Below, piece by piece: positions 1 through 14,644 of a stretch of 64,000 nt of DNA (positions are counted from its first letter, which is position 1; every line of letters begins with the position of its first letter). A program made the position numbers and the translations under genes. This DNA is from the human T2T-CHM13v2.0 reference genome, Homo sapiens. A model generated the notes under the pieces. The model worked only from the letters and a program-made list of their open reading frames with translations. It was not told where the DNA came from and made no database searches. Where the stretch lies: the NCBI RefSeq assembly GCF_009914755.1, contig NC_060930.1; one strand, 5' to 3'.

Positions 1-1230
1 TCTAATTAGCAGTTTTAGAATACTATAGACAACAACATTAGAAGATACCTTAAATAATAGATGGGACATTCACCAACATCGTTTATATTGTGGGCCATAA
101 CGCGGCTCTTAATAAATTTCAAAGTATCCAAATCAGACAGTTGGTACTCTGAACATAGTGGAATTAAATTATAAATTAATAACAAAAAGATCTCCAGAAA
201 TCCTTGAATATTTGAAAATTTTTAAATGAAAGCATAACATTATCAACACTTGCAGAATGTATTTAAAGCATTTCTAGTATGCCTGTATTTTTTTAAAAAA
301 GTTTTAAGTACATTACTTAAGCATTTATTTTAAGAAATAAGAAAAATAAAAAGTGTCCCAAATAAACAGAAGAACAGAAGTAATAAAGTTAAGGTCAGAA
401 GACAAGAGTATTGTGAACAAAACCCACAGAGAAAATCAATGAAAGTAAAGGTTAATTCTTTGAAAAGTTCAATAAAATGACAAGATTTACCCAGACTGAC
501 TGGGAAAAAAACTATCAATTAACAATTTGTGCTAATATATTCCACAACTTAGTCATTATATGCAATATATTCTACAACAAATTGCATGGAAGATAGAAAT
601 CAGTAAAACTCTTTCAACAAGTGGATAAATAGCTTCATATTTATTAAAGTAGGTGGTAGGTTAAATTTTTCTCACAAAACAAAGAAACAAACAATAACAA
701 AATGTTAAATTCCAGACCCACATGGCTTCACTGATAAATTTTATGAAACATTTAGGTAAAAAAATAATACCCGTTTTCTTGTAGACATAGTAGAGGAAAG
801 AATACAATTCATTTTATAAGTCCTGTGTTTTCCCAATACCATTACAAGACAATGATATTATAAGAAGAGAAAACTGCAAACTAATATCCCTCATGAACAC
901 AGTCACAAAAACCTTTAATACAATTTTAGCAATAAAAAAACCCCAGTATATTACAAAAAGAAAATAATTCGGGTGTAATTTATCCCAAGAAAGTGAGTTT
1001 TATTAACCTTCAAAAATCAAGAAATATAATTTAACATCTTAATAGGCTTTACAAAAAAAGAAATCCATGTGATAATATCTATAGAGGCAGAAAAATCACT
1101 TTAAGCAACATATTACCCATTCACTAAAAAATACTCTCAGGAAACTAGAAATAGAAATAATCTTCCTCAAATTAATAAACAGTATCAAATAACATCATGT
1201 TTTATTCTGAAATATTAATGCTTTCACTCC
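1..1230 (+). mobile_element. Ancient L1M (L1ME/MC-type) ORF2 fragment, endonuclease to RT start
   Basis: Degenerate L1 ORF2 motifs in order: 'tgggccataa...ggaattaaatta', 'ccagacccacatggcttcactgataaattttatgaaacattta', 'aatatccctcatgaacac', 'atagaggcagaaaaa'. A-rich sense strand, no intact frame. Confidence 0.8.
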
Positions 1231-1324
1231 TTGTATTTTTTATCCATTTTGGTGGAATTTTAAGAAATCTCTGTATAATATCAAATAGCTAACATTTGCT
1301 TTTGCTCATCTTTGTGGCAGAAAT

Positions 1325-1485
1325 CGCTGTCTCTATCTAATTCATTTTTGGTGATTATTATTATTTATTTCTTGTTTGCTTGGGATGTACTGTGTTCCTT
1401 TTCTTCTAACTTCTTAAGGCAGTATTTAGCTTATATTATTTCAGACTTTCTTTTTTTCTGATAAAAGCATTTAAATATAAAATTA
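1325..1485 (-). mobile_element. Old L1 ORF2 fragment, antisense
   Basis: 'ttttcttctaacttcttaagg...tttcagactttctttttttctgataaaagcatttaa' resembles the antisense of the post-endonuclease ORF2 region. Confidence 0.6.
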
Positions 1486-1499
1486 TCCACTTGATGGCA

Positions 1500-1740
1500 A
1501 TACCTAACATTTAGTAAATGTTTATTAGATGCCAGACACTTTTCTAAATACTTTATGTGTATCAACTGATTTAATCTGCACTTTCTCTGACCAAATTATC
1601 ATTGTATAACTCCATCTTATTATAACATAGTTAATGCATAAAGAGCTTGACATAATGTGTCTAAGCACAAACACCTGGTAATGAGAAAGCTAGAATTTTA
1701 AAGTTAGGCTATGAATCCAGAGCCCAATATACTGTCCTGC
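1500..1740 (-). mobile_element. MIR SINE
   Basis: 'taacatttagtaaatgtttattagatgccagacacttttctaaatactttatgtgtatcaactgatttaatc...gaatccagagccc' is a degenerate reverse complement of MIR. Confidence 0.7.
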
Positions 1741-3962
1741 TATTTGGTATATTGATAAATAGGCAACCAAAATAATATCACTGGCAAAATTTCTTTATTT
1801 AGTTTTCCAGCTTACTATGCTTTGTTCTGTGGCTAAATTTATTCCATTACTAATTTATTAATTTCACCTCTAATATTTTATTAGTATACAATATTTTCAG
1901 CTGGATATATTTTAAGACTTTTGTTTATTTTATTTCCAGTAGCATCCCTTAGTTCTTGGGAATTATTTAATAGGCAAAATATAAATTATTGTTTTATGGT
2001 TTCATTAATTTTGTTTTGTCTAGAAATGTCATTCAGTTGAATGTATTCCATTGAATGTGCACTGTCACTGCTCAAGTTTTTCATCATTTTTTTTGTGAGC
2101 CCATATTGTATGTTTTATCAGCTAACATAAATATTAAATGTCATACCTGGGGAAAGGTGTGAAAGGTGAGATGAAGGGGTGTCGGTGGTGTTCAGAACTA
2201 TCTTGGGGCAGTTGGAGCAAATATTATAATAGGACTTAACTACTCTGTGTTTAGTTTCTCCGTCCCCAGACCAAAGACCCTGCCTCCTTGGCACTTCGGC
2301 CACAAGACCTACTTTTTCCAAAGAAATGTCTATTAAGAGGGAATTTGTAACAAGCTCCCCACCCCACTGGACTCTAAAGCATCTCTTAGACAACATTGAG
2401 ACAGAATTAATATTTTTCTGATTTGCAAAATAGAAAAGAAGCCACAGAAAATATTTTACTCAAGGTGATGTGGAAAATGAAAAGACACACATTAAAAAAA
2501 TCTGATACAAAATAATGCTACTTTACTGACATCTTGCACTCTTGTACTTAGGCCTACCATTTCCTCTGACAATATACCCAACCACTTGTTTATTGGGTTT
2601 CCTGGTATTTTTCATGTGAATTTTTCAAATCCATTAATTTCCCTACTACTTTGGCAATATTTTTAAAGTTTGACACAGAGAAGAGCACAAGTAGCCCATA
2701 CATCGTTTCTATTTTGTTAAATTGGAAATTAATGTGTAAAATTTTATTTGTTCTAAGAATGTCTTAATGAATGACTTAGATCAAATAAGTTTTAACCTAG
2801 ATATTATTATATGCAGTGAAAATTTAAAGTAATATTAACTCAATTTTTCTGGTTCCAGAAATGTAGTGTTAGTGTGAAATTATACTAAGTCTAACATTAA
2901 CATTAACATTTCTTGAAATGATTATATTCATTATATACAGAAAACATAAAACGAAGTCCAAAAGCTCTTCAGAGTAGACCTCTTAATGAGTTCAAGTTGT
3001 CAAGAAGCTGTTTAAGCTTTAAGATATATTTTGTCCGTGTTACACGATCCAGAGAGTTTAGACTTTTTCACCAGCTCTGCAAAATTTTTTGATTCTGCCA
3101 ACCTTCCTCATGTATTCTAAAATAAAAGCAACTAAGTTTTTAAAAACTAAGGAACTCATTTTCTAAAATCCAGTTCTCTTAAATTTACCATTAGAATTAT
3201 TGAAATTAGTTAAAAGATAAGGCATCACGCTTAATCTTATTTCAATAAATTCCAAGAGATAATCTTTGATCGTTTTGAGATATGTCAGGAAGTCTGCCAT
3301 ATCTAGAAAGATAGTCCTTTTCTCCCTTATGCAATTTAAGATTATATGTGATTCTATTAGACCAGATATCTTGTCATTAGCAGAGCTGTGCAAGCTTATT
3401 TAGTCCAGGTTGAACTCAATTCCCCATGGTAAAAGAGTTCACACATGTTCCAACTCGACTACAAGCTCTCATGGGAAAACTAGCCAAGTAAGGAGTATTA
3501 CAATACAACATAATCCACCTTAGTAGAGGAAATCTGGATATAGGTAAGATACAGCCAGATAGGGAATCCCCTCAGTAGAAAAGAGATTTTAAGAGAAATT
3601 ATACTGTGAGACAAAGTGAGAAAAATAGTCATTTAATAGGTCTACTTCATATAGGATGAGATGTATTTGATGAGAATGACATTAAATTACTTGAATCACT
3701 GCAAAACACTGCACGGTGATCAATTTGCTTTTCAAGGATGTAGAAGAAGAATGCATTTCTTAAAGTAAGATTTAGTTCTTGCATATCAGCAGAGTGCAAG
3801 GGTCTTTTCTTAGGGGAACCTTTAAGTCATAGGATTCTATCAAGAGTCCATTTGCGTGCAAGGATTATCTTTTATCTCTGACCTAAATGCTTAGCCAAAC
3901 ATTAAAAATAATATTACATAAGTATGAGAAACAAAGCCTATTTCAGGGAACATGGCAAATAC

Positions 3963-4433
3963 TGCAGTGATAGTTTTGAAAAAAAGCCTTCAAATTTGTT
4001 AACACTTCTCCTATCACATCTATGTCCCTCCCTTCATGTCAGGTTCTGCTGCTGCTTAACCAACAGAATATGGTAAAAGTGATAATGTGCCAGTATTTGT
4101 GTTCAGTCCTTAGGAGAATGACACCATCTACTTTCTGACTCTTGGAATATTTGTTCCTGTGAACTAGTCCCCAAGCAGTGAAAAAGCCCAAGCTCCCAAC
4201 CCCATGGAGAGACTCAATAGCTAGCATCAAATTGCCAGTTGCAAGACTGAATCATTTAGAAGTGGATCTTCTAGCCCAGGGGAACTTCCCCAGCTAACAC
4301 CATGTTGAGTGAAGTTTAGATGATTCCACCAATCCCTGCTAAAATTACACATTTGTAAGCAGAATATATCATTTTTTATGTGTAATAGCATTGAAATTTT
4401 CATGTAGCTTGTTGCACAACTATATGATATAAC
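3963..4433 (+). mobile_element. MLT1G-like (ERVL-MaLR) solo LTR
   Basis: 'tctatgtccctcccttcatg...accaacagaatatggtaaaagtgataatgtgccagt...gaaaaagcccaagc' follows the MLT1F/G/H consensus. Confidence 0.7.
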
Positions 4434-4567
4434 AATTACATTCTTGGGGCCCTTATGTTCGATACAGGTTTCAGGCATTTGTGGAAAGTTTCATTTTATG
4501 TTGCAAGTTCTAACTAAAAGAGACACATGTAACATCCTGCTTCCTCAAGTGAGCACAGCCTTTGTAA

Positions 4568-5043
<476 letters not shown>

Positions 5044-5848
5044 TTAAATACCTACCTTCTTGTTTTGAGGAATAGAATGATGTGAATAGAGTTCTGTAAT
5101 TGTAAAAGGGTCTCATTTATTTATCTGCTGAACTAAGTGAATAGAAGCCAAAGTTTAGAATTTGTTGCTGCAAATGGCCAAATTATAAGTTCAGATAAAT
5201 TCACGTCTTGGCCTAAGTCTCATGTAAATATAGGACATTGGCCAAAAAGAGTAGAACAAAAAAAGGGGGATATTTAAGAAAAATCAAATGATTCAGAAGG
5301 CCTCTGAATTTTTTAGTTCTTCCCCAACTAATAATCCTCAAGAACAGAGCACCTTCTCCCTCATTTACAGAAGCTTTTCCTTTGCTTGAAGATGTCATCC
5401 TGCCTTTACCTGAGAGATCACACTTGTAGGATGGAACCAAAAATGCCCCTTTTTCCTCTCTCCTCATTATCACCGTATCATACCACTGAATCAATAGTAA
5501 CTAGCTTTATATGAAAACTTGTTATGAAGGCAGTCAGTATGTGCAAAACCTAATTGTAGAACTGTGATTATTGCAGGAACTGACTTAGGTGCGGCGTTGT
5601 TAGGTCTTTATTTACCAGTGACTCTTAGTGCAGCAAGTAAGCTGCACCTGATGTTGTCCTCATGATTTTCTGGATGGAATCATTTAAACCTGAAACTAGT
5701 GGTTGTCAAGAATGTTGGGGGTAGGAGAGCAGAAATCATTGGTTGAAACAGAGAGAAATAATTCAACATTGAGAATCTAAAACGTTGGGAAAAAACTTTT
5801 TGTATGTGAACCCACATTCCAACCTTCGCATCTGTTTTACAAGACAAC

Positions 5849-6291
5849 TGTATTATTTTCCCAGGGTTGCTGTTACAAAATGCCACAAACTGGGTGGTCA
5901 AAAGAACAGAAAAATTGTCTCACAGTTCTAGAGGCTAGAAGTTCAAGATTGATGTGTCAGCAGGATTGGTTGCTTCTGAGGGTTGTAAGAATCTGTTCCG
6001 TGCCTCTCTCATAGCTTCTGGTTGTTTGCCAGCACTCTTTGGCATTCCTCAGCTTGTAGATGCATCACCTAGAGCTGTGCTTTCAACTTCATATGGTGTT
6101 ATCTCTGTGGGCATGTCTATTTCTGTATGCAAAGTTCCCCTTTTCATAAAGACACCCATCATATTGGATTAATGACCTAATCTTAACTTGATCATATGCA
6201 AAAGCCCTTTATTCCAAATAAAGTGACATTCATAGGTACTGGAGATTAGGACTTCAACATCTTTTGGAGGACCACAGTTCAACCCGTAACA
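5849..6291 (-). mobile_element. MLT1C-like solo LTR
   Basis: TG...CA ends; 'gctgttacaaaatgccacaaactgggtgg', 'tctcacagttctagaggctagaagttcaagat', 'ttaggacttcaacat'. TSD acaac/acaag. Confidence 0.88.
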
Positions 6292-6715
6292 ACAAGTAAA
6301 GATGTAAAAAATATTTTGGCAAGCAAAGCACCAGTCTACATTTATAACAGATTATTGACTTCATCTCTCAGTTCCTGGTTATGTAACTCTTAGAACACAG
6401 AATTCAGTACACAAGGATGAAAGAATCAGTTCAATTTCATTGTAGTGCAGGATTTGAGTAAGTGGCTGTTTCAAACTCCAGTTCTCTAAACTTTCTTCAG
6501 TTATCCAGAGTTGGTTTTGTTTCTTTTAAAAAAAATAGAAATTGATGCATAAAGATTGTTGTTTCTATTAAAACTAGAAATCAACTGGTAATTCTGAATA
6601 TGGAAGAGGAAACTGAGTTTTGACAGAAAATTTTAAGGAGGAATAAAGCAAAAGTCAGAAATGCGACAGTGTTTGAGAATACAGCTACAAAGGATGTGCT
6701 AAAAATTAGGGTCTG

Positions 6716-7156
<441 letters not shown>

Positions 7157-8924
7157 TTATATTAGCGAGATAATATTACACATTTAGCCACTAAGGGAAT
7201 CTTTAGCATATATTTGTCTTGTAGCTATACAGTAGCTACTCTGGCAGTATTTGTTGAATGAATGAATGAACTAGTCAATTTTTTAAGTAAAATATACAAT
7301 AGAAAATCTGATTGCTTCTCTTATTGCCTGGCATGGTAAAACTGAATATAAATGACTAAATGATGGTATTTAAAGAACTATGCAGGTGGAAGATCCTAGC
7401 AAAAAACAATTATGGAAACTGTTGATGGCCCAGATGAAAACTTAGCTGGGAATGTGGGAGTTAGGATGCCATAGTAATCATCAATATCATCCCAATAAGG
7501 GGATTTCCCTATTTTGTACACATATACACAAGGAAAATCAAGTGTAAAGCCATAAAAAGTAATTGAATTTTGTCATGTCATTGAAAAATGATTTATAAAG
7601 AATCACTGTTTTCCTTGTGGGTTGCCATTCATTGTTATTACACTATTTACCAAATGAAACAGAATACTATAAATAGCAAGATGTGAAACAGATATGTGAT
7701 ACTTACCTTAAAATAATAAAATACTGAAGTAGAAAAAATTAAATTAGAAAATTATACTCTATCCTCTGTTTCCACATTATAATGTTAATCAGAACAGGTA
7801 AAAAAAAATTGAAACAAAGATAATCTGTCAACATTAGTACAACTTCTAAGAATTACAGGTTTGACAACTATTGCCATTACCTTTATGTTTTTTGTATGAT
7901 TTCTTTATCAGTAATAGTGTTATACCTATATAATGTAGACAATATTTTAATCTGAATGTCCCCTGTTCACTACTAATGATAGCCCCCAAGGGCATTGTGA
8001 AATCTTCCCTTCAGATAGCGTCTTGCACATTTCTAGCGAATGTGATTTTACTCTGTTTGTGTCTCTAAAACTGAACTCTATAACAAAGTTACCAAGATAG
8101 TGACTTTGCTTTAGGCACTAAATTCCACAGGCACAATTGATGATGTGCCTAATGCATCCTAGCTTAAATCTAAACTAATAAACAGTGAGGAACAACCACT
8201 GCAGGACATCAACAAATTGCAAAACTTAACATTAATGTCTGTTCCTGAAAAGCTCCAGCTACCACTACATTAACTGAAAAAATAACTTCAGAAAAAGAAG
8301 CTTCATTTACCAATTAGTTCTGCTGAGTCATTCTCCCATGAGATGGAAGAGCCAATAGATCTTCCTTAGAAGAAGCAGAGGTGCTGTGCAAGTCCTAGAT
8401 GGGAGAGATGTGGAGAACTGGGCCAAAGCAGATATTTTCAAAATGATTTGTTACTCTAGTTGTTCTATTATGGATAATCATAGGGTATGCTATACTTAAT
8501 TTACTTTCAGTTAAAATATTTTGATTTCATTTTTTTGAAAATTCTGAAATTATAAGAATTCCAGAAGATTTATGTAGTTTATTCATTTAAAGTGTATTTT
8601 TTATTATTTTCTTGTGTTTTTGGGGAAAACAAATATACATTATTAATAAATAAGAAAGTAATCTAAAAGAAAATAATTTGAAACACATGTGATCCATTGT
8701 CTTTCTACCAGCCCACAATTACAGTATTCCATGGTAATGAAAAAAAAAATACAATGCAGACCATCTGTATATTCCGAGCATCCCTGACACAGTAAGTATA
8801 CATACTACATTTCTTCAATGTCACTAGACATTTTCTAGTCACATTTCTTCAATGTCACTAGAAAACATTCTGTTCTCTTTTTTCTGAAAAGCTGTGGGAT
8901 AATTTCACATACAGGCCCTATATG

Positions 8925-8925
<1 letters not shown>

Positions 8926-8981
<56 letters not shown>
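8926..8981. repeat. Compound microsatellite (TA)n(CA)n(TA)n
   Basis: Read directly. Confidence 0.95.
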
Positions 8982-9320
8982 AAACATTGTTATTAATATA
9001 AGTTAGATTTGCCTAGTGTTTTAATAACACTCACAAATACTTCAAGGTGATTTTTTTCCCAATAGAATCTAGAATGTATGTAGTATTTAGTAGCATATCC
9101 TTAGAGCGTGTTCATTATCATTTCAATATTTTTCTTTTATTTTAGCAATGCAATCTCACCTGATTTGTTTGCTCTACAAAAGATCATTTTATACGTGTTC
9201 TGAGAAGACTGCAGTATAATTTTCATGTGCTCATTTCCATTAGTTCCTTTACTGTTTTTAAAAGAGGTCTCTTATATATGATAATTTTCTATGGGTAATT
9301 TGACATGTATTTGTAGCTTC

Positions 9321-10530
9321 AACTATCCTAAATATATATGCACCCAATACAGGAGCACCCAGATTCATAAATCAAGTTCTTAGAGACCTACAAAGATACT
9401 TAGACTCCCACACAATAATAGTGGGAGACTTTAACACCCCACTGTCAATATCAGACAGATCAACATGATAGAAAATTAATAAGGATATCCAGGATTTGAA
9501 CTCAGCTCTGGACCAAGAGGACCTAACAGACATCTACAGAACTCTCCACCCCAAATCAACAGAATATACATTCTTCTCAGCACCACATCGCACTTATTCT
9601 AAAATTGACCACATAATTGGAAGTAAAACACTCCTCAGCAGATGTAAAAGAACAGAAATCATAACAAACAGTCTCTCAGACCACAGTGCAATCAAATTAG
9701 AACTCAGGATTAAGAAACTCACTCAAAACTGTATAACTACATGGAAACTGAACAACCTGGAATGAATACAGAAATAAAGATGTTATTTGAAACCAATGAG
9801 AACAAAGACACAATGCACCAAAATCTCTCGGACACATTTAAAGCACTGTGTAGAGGGAAATTTATAGTACTAAATGCCCACAAGAGAAAGCAGGAATGAT
9901 CTAAAATTGACACCTTAACATCTCAATTAAAAGAACTAGAGAAGCAAGAGCAAACAAATTCAACAACTAGCAGAAGACAAGAAATAAGATCAGAACAGAA
10001 CTGAAGGAGATAGAGACACAAACAACCCTTCAAAAAATCAGTGAATCCAGGAGCTAGTTTTTTGAAAAGATCAACAAAATAGATAAACCACTAGCCAAAC
10101 TAATAGAGAAGAAAAGAGAGAAGAATCAAATAGACAAAAAAAAATATGATGAAGGGGATATCACCACTGATCCCATAGAAATACAAACTACCATCAGAGA
10201 CTACTATAAACACCTCTATGCAAATAAACTAGAAAATCTAGAAGAAATGGATAATCCCTGGCACATACACCCTCCCAAGGCTAAACCAGGAAGAAGTCAA
10301 ATCCCTGAACAGACCAATAATAAGTTCTGAAATTAAGGCAGCAATTAATAGCCTACCAACAAAAAAAGTCCAGGACCAGATGGATTCACAATCAAATTCT
10401 ATCAGAGGTACAAACAGCGCTGGTAGCATTCCTCCTGAAACAATTCTAAAAAATAGAAAAAGAAGGAATCCTCCTTAACTCATTTTATGAGGCCAGCATC
10501 ATCCTGATATCAAAACCTGGCAGAGACACA
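9321..10530 (+). mobile_element. L1PA/L1P internal ORF2 fragment (endonuclease C-half to Z region)
   Basis: High identity to primate L1 ORF2. ORF 9496-9765 'DIYRTLHPKSTEYTFFSAPHRTYSKIDH...[15 protein letters not shown]' is the L1 endonuclease. No 3'UTR or poly(A). Confidence 0.97.
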
Positions 10531-11503
10531 GCTTCATCAAATTCTGTGCTTAACAAGCTGAATCACTGCCTATCACTGCTAATGTACCACATTATCCCTG
10601 AATTACTGTTTTCTTTAAAAAATAAAATGTCAAACTAGCAATAATTCAATAAATCAATATCTGAGTGCTAAATAATGCACCTAAAAATGTGTATTTGAAC
10701 TTGGTGATTAATGAACATTGTACACAATATCTGTTGGACCTCATATCTGTATTTCATTGTGTGAAATAAAGTATAGCTGTTAATTATACCTAAGAAGTAG
10801 TTACACATGCTTCAGATAGGGTTCAATTATAACAAGATTTAGATAAAAGCTAATAATTTGAACAAACTCCAAGGTGAAAAAGGAAGATTTAAGAACGAAA
10901 GATTTATTTTGGTTATTGAAAAACCATTTTAACATCTTAAATTCAAAAGATTGTAATATAATTTTGTATGCATGCCTTCATTTATTATTTCCCATTTGTT
11001 TATTCATCTTATATGCATTAAACATCTTTTATATCCAGAACTATAATATCATTGAAAGAAACTTAAGAGTGCTACTGAGGTGCCAAAGAGAGCTTCAGAA
11101 TCCACTTCACACTTATTTTGATACAGCAAGTTAGTACACGAATCTGTTGGAATCCATTTTCGATATTTGGAATTTTGCATCATAGTATTATTTTTAGAAA
11201 TGTGATGGATAGCTGAGAATAAAAAATAGGTCTTTTTTTTTTTTGCTAGGAAAAAATTTAAATAATTGTAACCACATCAAAAAGGTGGGGAAAATTAAAT
11301 ATACTGACAAAAATCTTATTCCTAAACAAGGTTATATCCTATTTATAAATAATCATCTAAAGTTTTAACACAGGTCAGATACTGAGAATTTATTTCACCA
11401 TCTTAATTTGCCAACTTTAAACAAATAATAATAACAAATATTAAATAAACTCAATATAAAGACAGCTTACAGCTTCAGAAACATGCCAGTAGTAGAACTT
11501 TAG

Positions 11504-11824
<321 letters not shown>

Positions 11825-12639
11825 AATATACCCTTTTATATTTAGGATAAAATTCACTATTTATGAATTTTATAGTAGGGGCTATACAAAAGTGAGTTTC
11901 ATTGAAGATGCTGAGAATTGGTGATACTTAAATAATACATGAATGTATAAACTTAATATATTTGGAATTGTAAACAAAGCAAAGCAATTACATTTCAGAA
12001 TTTTTTGTGCTCAATAATTTTGTGACATACCTTTCTATGGAATTATGCATGCAATGAAAAAAAAGTATTTTAAGATACCAACAATAAAACCCTCTTACTA
12101 TGTGGTATACAAGAAAATGTATAAAGTCAGAGCAGCTTAAAAAGAAGAAACTATCGGAAATATTAATCTTTGAAAGACCAAGAAAGAAATAGGATTAGAA
12201 ATAGATTAATCTTTGAAAGACCAAGAAATAAGATTAGAATTAAATGACTAGCTTAATCATTTAAAAAGGAATTAAAATTTGTGCATTATTAAGTGAATAT
12301 ACTCATGGTACAAACTATCAATCATATATTAGGCAATGGAGAAAAAAATTTTTAATTCTTAAAAGGAATAATTCCAAAAACTACATTTTTTACCAGAATC
12401 AATTAAAATTAATAAAGTATATTAATATTGTATATAAAATTACCCAAACATGAAAAGTTAAACATGTGTTTTATATTATATATATATATATTATTCCCAA
12501 AGAATGAAATAATTTTTAGCAATATGACTGTGACTAATAAGCATCAATACTGTTGTCATATAACCAAAGTTAGAGGAAAATTTTTATTATTAAATACAGA
12601 AGCAATAAAGTAAATTTATTTTATATACAACTTGAGAAT

Positions 12640-12805
12640 TCCTGAGTGGACACTCCAGCTGAGACCTGAATGACTAGAAAGAAGAAACGCTACTATCTGA
12701 GTTAAGAAGATTATAGCAGAAGAACTATAAAGTATGAAATCTTCAGGTCAAAATAAATTGAATTCAAAGAAAGAAAGGGTAATATTTTCTTATAGGAGTG
12801 TAAGA
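12640..12805 (-). mobile_element. L2 fragment
   Basis: 'gctgagacctgaatgactagaaagaag...gcagaagaactataaagtatgaaa' resembles antisense L2. Confidence 0.45.
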
Positions 12806-12829
12806 GAAGAAAAACTTTTTGAAATTATG

Positions 12830-14580
12830 CAATTTAAAAACCAAGAAAATAGAAATACTTTCAAGAGACGCAATTGACAGAACCAGAATCGGATATGAAG
12901 CAGATATTAGGGTTAGCAGATAAGGACTTTAAAATAATTATAATTAATATGCTAAGAAATCCAGTGGAAAAGGTAGAAAACATTTATAAACAAATGTAAA
13001 AATCCAGCAGACAGAAGCATTTTAAAAGAATCAAATAGAAAAACTAAAAACAAACAAACCACAATATTGGAGATGAATAATTCCTTTAATTGATGTATCA
13101 GTAAACTCAATACAGCTGAGGAACAATCAGTGGCAACAAAAATCACAGCAGGATTTTATGTAAAAAATAACAAGCTGATTCCAAAATTATATAGAGAGTC
13201 TAAGGATATAGGATAGGCAAACAATTTTGTAAAGATAGGAACAAAATTAGAGACCTTACAGTACCTGATTTGAAGGTTTCATAATCAAAACAGTATTATA
13301 TTTTAAAAATGAGAGTCATATCACTCAATGGAACAGAATCAAGGGCCCAGAAGTGGAAAAACATGCTTGATGCATTATTTATAAAGCTGTAAAGGTAATT
13401 CCATGGAAGACAATAGACTTAATAAATGAAGTTGAAAAATTTACAAATCTATACAAAAATAAAGTTTAATCCATACCTCACATCATATACAAAAGGGATT
13501 CAAATCCATCATAGAATTTCTACAGAAATCATAGGAGAATATGTTTATTACCATGTGTTAGACAAAAAATTCTTAGCTAGAATATCATTCATATAAATCA
13601 TATAAGAAAATATGTCTATATTGGACTTCATCAAAATTCACAACTTCTACTCTTAAAACGGTACTATAAATAAAATAAAAGGACAATCCACTGAGAGTAA
13701 ATATTTGCAAATGATATATTTTATTCAACTACATAAATAACTCTTACATCTTGATAATAAGAAAACAACACAATGTAAAAGCGGGAGGGAGTAAAGGGTT
13801 TGGAAAAATACTTCACCAAGAAAAAATATATGAATGGCAAAAAACATACATGAAATGATAGTTAACATCTTCAGTTTTCAGCAAATGCAGAATGAAGACT
13901 ATGAGATTCCACTACATACCTATTAAAAAGACTATAATTAAAAAGAAAACCTGACAATACCAAGTGTTGGTGATGACATGGAATAACTTAATACTTCATA
14001 CATTACTGATGGGGATGCAAAGCTGTGTAACCACTTTGAAAAACAGCATAGTAGCTTCTTATACAAAGTTATATACACTTACCATACAAGTACCCTATAA
14101 TATACAATCACATTCCTAGGTGTTTAACTAAGAGAAGTAGAAACATGTTTACACAAAAGCCCATGCAGTATTGTTTATATTAATAGTAGTCTTGTTTCTT
14201 ATAACCAAAAACCTGGGAAGCACTCAAATATTCATCAACCAGTGAATGGATAAACTGTGGTATATTTGTACAGTAGAATACTCAGTACTGAATAAATCTA
14301 AAATCATTATGCTAAGGAAGGAAGTCTGCACAAAATGGTAGGGCATGATTTCATTTATATGATATCTTTAAATTGACAAAGCTATAAGAATGAAAATCAG
14401 ACTCAGGGTCTGGGGGACTGAGGAAAAATATTGACAAAGAAGTATAAGGGAAATTTAAGGATGATGGAAATCTCTATATTCATTTAATAGCAAAGGCTAC
14501 TAAACTTTATGCATTCATCAAAACTAATAGAAATGCACTAAAGAAATGAATTTTACCATCTGTGTATTATACCTCCAAAA
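12830..14580 (+). mobile_element. Old L1M (L1ME/MC/MD type): ORF1 piece joined to ORF2 3' end and 3'UTR
   Basis: ORF1-like 'ttagcagataaggactttaaaataattataattaatatgct'; ORF2-like 'caagctgattccaaaatt', 'caatggaacagaat', 'tgacaataccaagtgttggtgatgacatggaataact', 'gtgaatggataaactgtggtat'; ends with L1M 3'UTR. Confidence 0.85.
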
Positions 14581-14602
14581 CGCCACCTATACTTGACCTA
14601 AA

Positions 14603-14610
14603 CATACACA

Positions 14611-14644
<34 letters not shown>

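Noticed and set aside
9496-9765. Endonuclease-like ORF, plus the RT-like and C-terminal ORFs at 55905, 56442 and 61366
   Set aside because: Fragments of dead L1 ORF2 with stops and frameshifts. Not a host gene or a novel RT/nuclease system.
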